Shown: positions 56,341 to 64,000 of the stretch, in pieces
Numbering within the stretch: the first letter of the stretch is position 1
Layout of the letters: each line of letters begins with the position of its first letter
From: Emiliania huxleyi CCMP1516
Lineage: Eukaryota
Length of the DNA: 64,000 bases
Reading direction: 5' to 3'
Assembly (NCBI RefSeq): GCF_000372725.1
Contig: NW_005201327.1
Coordinates: forward strand, 302,745 to 366,744
Program-made: the position numbers and the translations under genes
The notes under the pieces: model-generated
The model's database searches: none
What the model was told of the DNA's origin: nothing
The model's input: the letters and a program-made list of their open reading frames with translations, nothing else

Positions 56341-56564
56341 GCGTCGCTACGCGCGGTCTTCCGCGGGGGGAGGGCTTCGTCGACGGGTGCGGGATCGCGG
56401 CGCGGCTGGTGCTGCGGCGATGCCTCCGGCTGTTGCGGCGGGCGGCTTCGTTGCTGCTCGCGGCGATGGCGAAAAACTCGTCTCGTCGCATACACCAAGA
56501 GCTTATGCTCCGGCGAGATGTGAGGCGCATGCGCCCAGGAGGGGAGGGCGCATGCGTAACGACG

Positions 56565-56661
56565 CTGCTAGAGATGCCTTTCGGGGCCCAGAGATAAAAC
56601 TTCTGATGCCATGCGTGACCTAGTAGTGTCCCCAGCTATGGGCGTGTCCACGTTGGAGCCA
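56565..56661 (+). repeat. Family E copy
   Basis: Matches 47017-47113. Confidence 0.88.
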
Positions 56662-56679
56662 GGTGTGGTGTGGGCGCGA

Positions 56680-56749
56680 GAATAGCTCCGCCGTTCATGG
56701 AGGCAACCGATGCGAGTCGACTGGTGTGTGTCGTCGTGGTTTCGTATCA
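56680..56749 (+). repeat. Family G motif (intact; empty site for the 35226-36342 insertion)
   Basis: GAATAGCTCCGCCGTTCATGGAGGCAACCGATGCGAGTCGAC... Confidence 0.85.
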
Positions 56750-56813
56750 CAAGAATACTCACTCACACATGCCTTCGTTGTTAGTTATAATACAGACGGA
56801 TGATCACTTGCTG

Positions 56814-56947
<134 letters not shown>

Positions 56948-57259
56948 CCACATGACACGCACACACCCGCACTTTTTTTTTAGAGCGCCTTCGTTGTTTA
57001 CTAATAATCTCTTTTTGAGCTAGCCTTCGATGTGTGTTCTTTCACCTTCCTTGAATCCCTTCCGGACGCGCTTTCTCTCTTGTTAACACATGCGCGTGCC
57101 CTTTAGGCCTCTCCCCCGTGCGCGTGATGGGCGAATTGTGATCGATGGGGCGCTTGAGGCTGCGGTTGGTACTCACCCTTCTCAAAAAACAAACACGTTG
57201 TTGGTCATAAAAAGGAAACGCTGAAGAGCATCTGCTGCGCGGGCGTCAGCCGCTTCTGC

Positions 57260-57397
57260 GGGAGGACGACCCCGGCTAGAGTAGTCTCCGACCACACCCA
57301 CAAAGAACCCTGCACAAAGATCGCAAGGGCAGGGGCCTGTTCCTTTTTACCCATCTCACAGTAGAGAGGTGTCCGTTTTTATTTATTTATTTATTTA
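57260..57397 (+). mobile_element. Family B 3' end with (ATTT)n tail
   Basis: Matches 11527-11653; no TSD found. Confidence 0.85.
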
Positions 57398-57590
57398 GCT
57401 TGGGGAAGTGCGCCGGGCCGTGCGTCCCATTGCGGGACTCGTGGCGCCTCTCCCAGGCCCGCCGCAGCGGTCCCGTGGGTACCTGCCTATTTGTGAGTCT
57501 CCAAACGCACATGCATACATGCAGGCACACAACGCGGGCTGTAACAAGCTCCTCTACTTCTGCGCGACTAAACGCCCGACCAACCGCCCA

Positions 57591-59018
57591 TCATTGCCTC
57601 CACAGCTCAATCTTCTTGGGCAAGAGCTGATTCGACAGGTGATCTCCGTGGCCTAGGCAGCCGCTTTCGCCCCCGCCCCAGCTCCAGGCGGCGCCGCCAG
57701 CGGTGAGGGCGAGGCTGTGGTTCAGCCCAGCCGACACAGCGATGACGCGCGGGCCCCCAACCAAGGCCTCGACCTTCTTCGGCAGCAGCTGGTGCTGCTG
57801 GTCGCCGTGGCCCAGCTTGCCTTGGCCTCCAAAGCCCCCAGACCAGACAGCACCGTCGGCGGTGAGGGCGAGGCTGTGGCAGTCGGCAGAGACAGCGACG
57901 ACGCGCCGCCCAGCAAAGGCCTCGATCTTCTTTGGCAGCAGCTGGTGCTGCTGGTTGCCGTGGCCCAACCTGCCTTGGTGTCCGTAGCCCCAGCTCCAGA
58001 CAGCGCCGTCGGCGGTGATGGCGAGGCTGTAGTTTGTTCCAGCCGACACAGCGACGACGCGCTGGTCAGCAAAGGCCTCGATCTTCTTGGGCAGCAGCTG
58101 GCGTTGCACGTCGCCGTGGCCCAACCGGCCTGAGCCTCCATTGCCCCAGCTCCAGACAGCTCCGTCGGCGGTGATGGCGAGGCTGTGCAGACCTCCAGCC
58201 GACACAGCGACGACGCGCTGGCCAGCAAATGATTCGATCTCCTTGGGCAGCAGCTGGTTCTGCAGGTCGCCGTGGCCCAGCTGGCCGACGTCTCCCTGGC
58301 CCCAGCTCCAGACGGCTCCATCGGCGGTGAGGGCGAGGCTTTGGCAGCAGCTGGTTCTGCACACAGCGACGATGCGCTGGCCGGCAAAGGCCTCGATCTT
58401 CTTTGGCAGCAGCTGGTTCTGCTGGTCGCCGTGGCCCAGCATGCCATAGATTCCCCCACCCCAGCTCCAGAGAGCTCCGTCGGCAGTGAGGGCGAAGCTG
58501 TGCATGAATCCAGTCGACACGCTCACGGCACGCTCGCCGCCCAGCTGAGGAGAGGGGAGGCGGGTCGGCGTGTTGAGCCGCGTCACGCCCTCGCCGTGCC
58601 CGAGTAGTCCCGGCTGCCAGCTGTTAGCCTTGCCGCACGACGAGAGCCGCCCCTCGCCGTCGATGAAGAAGCTGTGAGACTGGCCTGCCGCCACCCTCGC
58701 CGGAGGGTTGGACTCGCACAGCAACGCCGAATAGCACAGCCACCGCACGGCGCAGCTCTCGCCCTCTGGCAGTGCCGGCAGCTCGAAACCGCGCTCTTGC
58801 GCCCACAAGCGGATGGCCTCCACCGCAAGCGAGGCGTGCAAGACGCGCGAGATGCCCGCGGCGCGAGCGATGTCGGCGGGGTCGCAGCGAGAGACGGCGC
58901 GCACGAGGAGCTCCGAGGGGAGGTCGAGGAGGTGGGCGGGCGGCGGCGTGTCTGGCGATGGCGCGGCGGTGGCGGCGGTGGCGAGGCGGCGCGAGCGGCG
59001 GCGCGGCGGGGCAGACAT
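57591..59018 (-). CDS. F-box-like + RCC1 repeat protein, paralogue 4
   Basis: 475-aa ORF with the same architecture. Confidence 0.92.
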   Translation of the reverse strand: MSAPPRRRSRRLATAATAAPSPDTPPPAHLLDLPSELLVRAVSRCDPADIARAAGISRVLHASLAVEAIRLWAQERGFELPALPEGESCAVRWLCYSALLCESNPPARVAAGQSHSFFIDGEGRLSSCGKANSWQPGLLGHGEGVTRLNTPTRLPSPQLGGERAVSVSTGFMHSFALTADGALWSWGGGIYGMLGHGDQQNQLLPKKIEAFAGQRIVAVCRTSCCQSLALTADGAVWSWGQGDVGQLGHGDLQNQLLPKEIESFAGQRVVAVSAGGLHSLAITADGAVWSWGNGGSGRLGHGDVQRQLLPKKIEAFADQRVVAVSAGTNYSLAITADGAVWSWGYGHQGRLGHGNQQHQLLPKKIEAFAGRRVVAVSADCHSLALTADGAVWSGGFGGQGKLGHGDQQHQLLPKKVEALVGGPRVIAVSAGLNHSLALTAGGAAWSWGGGESGCLGHGDHLSNQLLPKKIELWRQ

Positions 59019-59155
59019 CGCGAGAAAAAGAATTTTTGCGTCAGTCGCACGACACGATTCACGCGACAGGCGAGGTGCGGGCGAAGTCCTTCTGCAGGGG
59101 TTCGCAAAAAAAGAATGCGAGATAATTCTTTTCTCAGGCGATTAACGTTGGCGTA

Positions 59156-59494
59156 ATGAAGGTGGCAGGCTTTGTGTGTATGCTCATCGCCCTCAGTGGC
59201 TCTGCTGACGCGCTGCTCGCCGTGCCTCGAGCCTCCCCGCGGATGGCCGCGACCACCGACTGGTCCTCGGACGAGCCGTGGCACGCTACGTCCACCGCGT
59301 CGTCGACGCCGCCGAAGGCCGCGTTTGAGCAAGCGTTTGCTCCGGTGCGCCTTCTGCTTGCGCCAGGCCGAGTAAGCAGGCAGGGGCCGCCGTCATGTAC
59401 CGCCTCTGCGCGTTTCTGTTAGGTGGCTGCGATCCTCGAGGAGAAAGCCGCCGCTGCGGAGACGGCTGAGAAGGCCAAGAAGAAGAAGAAGTGA
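59156..59494 (+). CDS. Small protein with bipartite (signal + transit-like) presequence; exons 59156-59344 and 59423-59494
   Basis: MKVAGFVCMLIALSGSADA-LLAVPRASPRMAA; phase-0 GT-AG intron; Lys-rich end. Confidence 0.7.
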
Positions 59495-59876
59495 GTAGAA
59501 GCTATATGTCGTCGTCCCCTCTGCGCTCCCAATGCTGCCGCGAACCAAGCCCAAGCTACACGGTTCGCGAGCAGCCCGTCGCGGCATCGCTTCGCCGAGC
59601 CAATTCCAGGCTTGCGCGCACTATACCGCCCATCTTATGTTTGCCGCTAGTTATGCATGTGTGAGAGAATGTTGTCTGTGAGCTCAGCAGTGCCCCTGTG
59701 GCTGTGCCCCGCTGAGCTCGCCGGCCCAGTGTGGGACTCGTCACAGAAGCTTCCCTTTCGCCCGGTCGATCTGTTCGCACGTCCGTGATGACCCACAGCA
59801 CAAGAACGAAAAAGGCTTCAGTATACGTCCACGTGGGTCGTGGCTAGTTCGTGACCGAGGGCCCGTCTCTCAACAC

Positions 59877-61950
59877 TCAACTCTCAAGAGAGCGACCCGC
59901 CGCACTCCGCCGCTCATCAGCCGATTCCAGCTCGAGGTCGAGCGGTGGTGCGCGGCGGACAGCATCGAGGAGTCGCTGCACCGCCGGGTCGCCCTCCGCC
60001 TCCTCGACGCTTGCATGCTCCCACCGCGGCGGCTGCCCCTTGCGCTCGCCGACGGCGCAAGCGACGCCCTCCGCAAACTCGTCGCGGCAGACCAGCGCCT
60101 GGTTGGCGGCGAGCTCCGCACCCAACGCGGCGGCGCGTCGCGCGAGCGGCTCCTCTGGCAGCGGCAGCTGCAGGCACTCGAGCGCCACCAGCAGCGCCGC
60201 CGGGGAGGCCCTCGACAGTGCTGCCTGGGAAAAGAAAAAAACAGGGTGAAAAAGAAATCGTGCCGCCGCCGGGGAGGCACCAGGCGGATGATGCCCGTGT
60301 GTCTCGCGCCCAGCTTGCCAGACCTAGGTCGCCCTTAGCTTCGGCCGCCTCCGCCGCGTCGCAAAGCCGCGCGGGAAGCCTCTGCAGCGCGCTCGCCGAA
60401 TCGAGCGTCTCGCGCGCAAAGACCAGCGACGCCGCGGCCGCCTCGTAGCCTCCCGCCGCCGCCCGCGTCGCCGCCGCCATTGGCGCCGTCGCCGCCGCCC
60501 CGCAAGAGTCTATCGTGCGCCGCAGCCGCCGGGTAATCTCGTCGCGTAGTCTCGCGTCCTCTTCTCGCGTACTCTCGCGTACTGTCGGGCGCTCTCGGGG
60601 TCTCTCAGGCAACCTCCCCTCGCCTATCGTGTCGCGCAGCTCCGCCGCGCTGGAGCAGTCCACTAGCGAGGAATAGGTGGCCTGCACCGCCGCGCCTTAG
60701 CTGTTAGTTGCGAGCTCTTTAGCGGGCGCCCTCGCTAGTCTCGGCCAATCTCGACCGATCTCGACCGGTCTCTCGGCTGGTCTCCGCCTGCACCGCCTCG
60801 GCAGCGTCGCTCGTCGAAGGGAGCGAGCGCTGCCCGGGCTGGCGCTCGGTTTCGTCGGCGCCGCAAACATGCCTAGCACGGAGACGAGGCGAGATGCGGC
60901 GAGTTGAGCCGAGCCTGACAGCGGTCGTCGTTCGTACACGTGCGTGCAGAGGCCGCCGGCCGCCATGGCGTCCGAGGAGAAGCGGCCGCCGGTCAGCGAC
61001 GCCCACTGCCCGATCCCGCCTGCTGCGCAAGACTCCCTCCTCTCATGAACTACGCGCCGCCGCCGTCGAGGCGGCTGCGCAAGAGATCTGCCGCCAGCGG
61101 CGCATCTCGGCGCATCTCGGCGCATCTCGGCGCATCTCGGCGCATCTCGGCGCATCTCGGCGCATCTCCCCCGCCTTCCAGGCAGCTGCGCAGGTAGTCT
61201 GTGGCGCCGACGTCGGGCACGATGCCGAGCGCGCACTCTGTTCACAGCTGCAGGTGTGAAGAGACGCTGTTCACAGCCCCAGCAGCGCGCACTCTGGCAC
61301 GGGGCGCGACGACACGAGGTTTGGCCGAGGTGAGCCGAGGTTTGCGGCGTGGCTCGGCGAGATCCAGCGAGAGGTGACGAGGGGGCCCGCATTACTGCTG
61401 GTTACTGGAGACTGCGACCACGCGGACTACTGCAGAGTGCTGCAATATTACTGGTCACTGGAGACTGTGCAGAGTGGCGATGCTGCGCGGCTGTGAGAGG
61501 CTTGCCTGGCATCGCCAGGCTGGACGGCGCGCTGGCAATGCGCGTCTCTGCCGCCATGAAGAGCCCCGCTCCGGCGCCAAAAATGAGTCCGTCTGCAAGC
61601 GCGACCACAGGCACGCTATCCCGCAGCGCAAACAGCTCGATCATCAGGCTGTACTCGCGCCGCAGAAAGTCGCGCCTCTGCTGTGGCGGCATCGCGGCCA
61701 CCTGCCGGATGTCGCCGCCCGCACAGAATGCGCGGTCTCCGGACGCCGTCAGAAGCAGGCCGGAGGCACCCTCCTCCCTCGCCGCAACCACCGCCTCGCG
61801 GAGTCCGTCCACCATCTCTGAAGAAAGAGCGTTCAGCTTCGAAGGCCGGTTGAGTCGCACCTCAAGCACGCCGCCAGGATGCCGCCTCGTGAGGAGCGGA
61901 GGCGCGGTGGCGCACGCGTGTAACGATAGCAGCAGCATCGGTGCCGTCAT
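59877..61950 (-). CDS. Enoyl-CoA hydratase/isomerase family, 3-hydroxyisobutyryl-CoA hydrolase-like; multi-exon
   Basis: LNRPSKLNAL, RAFCAGGDI, REYSL, DGLIFGAGAGL, spliced AMPECALGIVPDVGA. Confidence 0.88.
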
Positions 61951-62107
61951 CGTGGTGGTCTGTGCGCGCGGCTCCGGTGGTGAGCCGGTGTGTGTGCCAG
62001 TCCGCGCCAGTCCGCGCCCTAGACGGCCAGCTTGGCTGGAGAGAGGCTTGTGATATAAGAATTCTTAAGAACTACGCGTTCTTAAGACGCTGAGTCGATA
62101 TTCTTCG

Positions 62108-63256
62108 TCACACGGAATGGGCGAGGTCTGCGCAGAGCCAGAGGCCCATCACGCGCCGCTCGCGCCTGCTACCGTCGTGGCCAATTCGCAGCAGTGGCGG
62201 AGGTAGCCCAAACGGACCTGCCTCGAGGTTCCAGCTCGCGTAGGACGAGAACCCCTTTCCCGGGCGGTACTTCCGTGCGGCGCGTGTGTTGCTGCCACGA
62301 GGGAAGTAGGTGATGAGCGCGTACCGGCAGCCCGACGCCGCGATACGTCGCAGCACCATAGCAGCCCGCTCAGCCGAAAAGTGAAACAGTAAGTCGCGTA
62401 CCACCACAAGGTCTGCAGGCCACAAGTATTCGAGAGCGAGGTCGAATCGGCCAAAGGAGATTCGGTGGGGCGAGGGGCCATTCGGCCGTTCGCTTGGTGT
62501 GCCAAACGTGGCTTGTAGCTCCGCCACCAACGACGAGACGATATCCAAGCCCTGATATACGATGCCAGGCGGGGTGGCGGCGGCGCTCAAAACCTCACGC
62601 ATATAATTGAAATCGCCACAGGGCACATCCAGGACCGTGCGCACACGCATGAGGGAGAGGAGGACAGGCAGAACCGTGCGCACGCCAGCTGTCTCCTCAG
62701 CGTTGCTGCCTGGCCCACTCAGCGAGGTCCCGCGCGACTGTCGGCTCTCGGTCGGGCTGGCGAGCGTCTTGCCGGCGAAGGTCAGGTTGCTGTAGTAGCC
62801 TGAATACACCCGCTCCGAGAAATGCGGGTCAGATCCTCCCGTTGCGCCATTTTCAAACGAGCAGTTGCGCAAGCCCCAGCCCGGAGCACAGCGGCAGCGG
62901 CCACGTCTGCACCGGCCGCGCGGCGCGTTGCAATCCTGGTCCGACGCACAGTAGTGCTGCTGGAGACTCGGAGCGATCAGATCCTGTAGGGTCTTCGGGC
63001 AGCTGGGGCAGCCTGACGTGAGCACAGTACTGCAGCCACAAATGGAGGAGGGCTCGCAGCTGCCGGGTTCCGAGGCTACAGCTGGGCATGGGGCCTCCGA
63101 CGTGCAGGGTGGAGCCGCATTCGAGCCTGCTTTGAGAATCGTGGCAGCAACTTCGCACAGCGTCGCCTGCGCTTGCAAAGAGCCGGTGGCTCTCGCGGCC
63201 GTTTCCAGGCGCTGCAGCGACTGAGCTAGCACGAGCAGGTGAAACATGGTGCTCAT
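62108..63256 (-). CDS. EGF-like domain + class I SAM methyltransferase (intronless)
   Basis: GRCRRGRCRCAPGWGLRNC; SGPGS; VLDVPCGDFNYM; YQGLDIV; DLVVVRDLLFH. Confidence 0.85.
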   Translation of the reverse strand: MSTMFHLLVLAQSLQRLETAARATGSLQAQATLCEVAATILKAGSNAAPPCTSEAPCPAVASEPGSCEPSSICGCSTVLTSGCPSCPKTLQDLIAPSLQQHYCASDQDCNAPRGRCRRGRCRCAPGWGLRNCSFENGATGGSDPHFSERVYSGYYSNLTFAGKTLASPTESRQSRGTSLSGPGSNAEETAGVRTVLPVLLSLMRVRTVLDVPCGDFNYMREVLSAAATPPGIVYQGLDIVSSLVAELQATFGTPSERPNGPSPHRISFGRFDLALEYLWPADLVVVRDLLFHFSAERAAMVLRRIAASGCRYALITYFPRGSNTRAARKYRPGKGFSSYASWNLEAGPFGLPPPLLRIGHDGSRRERRVMGLWLCADLAHSV

Positions 63257-64000
63257 CGGGGCGGGCGGGCGGCGGGCACCTACAGTGGGTTGCGGGCATT
63301 AAGAAAACAGGATTGCGCGGCACGCCGCCGTTTCTAAGCCTTTCCACACCCCTCACCCACCCCACGCCGTGGTTTCTTAGCTCCCGCAAACAAAGGTAGG
63401 TCAAAGGTCAGAGCCGGCCCCCTCGTCGGAAGAGGTGAGCTGCGGTCCCGGACGGATCCGATGCCGCCAGCCAGTCTGCCACCGACTCAAGACGCACACG
63501 CATCCATCCACTCGCTCAAAACACCGCAGAGGACTTGTAAAATGCCAAGTGCGCGCGCCGCGCAGGCGAAGAGAAATTTTGAGCTCGGAGCTCCTGTTCA
63601 CACTCGTGTCTGGCCTTTTCTCGGAGCCGCGCCTGCGGCGCGCCGTGGTTTCTTAGATTTTTGCGGAAATCGCCCGGCGTGGTTTCTTAAGGTGGCAATT
63701 CGGGTTCTGTGAAGAGGGTCGCTCGTCGATGCGAGCCAGTTCGCTCGCGACGCCGACGCCGACGCCGCCGCCGGAACGACCGCGGCGGCCGGTCGAGCGG
63801 CCGCCCCGGCCAGCGGCCGTATCGAGCCTGCCCGTCGCGAAGGTGCGGACCTCATGCGCCCCACCGGCCGCCCGCGCCGCCGCGCCCACGTCGCTCTCTC
63901 GAAGCCGAGCGCCACGCCGCTACGACTCCCATCGCGACGACTCCCGTGCTCGCTCCTGGCACAGGCGATCGACTCCTGACACCCATCGAGCGGATGGGCG

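Overview
High-GC eukaryotic nuclear DNA, not prokaryotic. Frequent GC-AG introns, introns filled with ~10-nt tandem repeats and long (GA)n/(GT)n tracts resemble the haptophyte Emiliania/Gephyrocapsa huxleyi; this is inferred from sequence style only. The window is a repeat-rich, unstable region. It holds four intronless, co-oriented F-box + RCC1-propeller paralogues that share blade sequences, and a HET/TIR-like + 11xTPR protein. Other genes are a spliced SF2 helicase-like gene, Zn-finger+2xAP2, an MBD/ELM2/GRF/PHD/CXXC chromatin protein, three SAM methyltransferases, MAPEG, a Zn-ADH, a GH5 mannanase-like enzyme, a GT-B glycosyltransferase and a crotonase-family enzyme, plus several truncated genes. 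Mobile DNA includes three non-LTR-type 3'-end families (some with clear TSDs, one with its empty site in the window), a TTA-flanked Harbinger-like element carrying an ORF, a foldback and other TIR elements. The most unusual signal is a ~37-nt cassette that supplies the AG acceptor of introns in five unrelated genes, often right after a duplicated copy of the downstream exon start, suggesting an intron-creating mechanism. All calls were made by eye; coordinates of multi-exon genes are outer spans.
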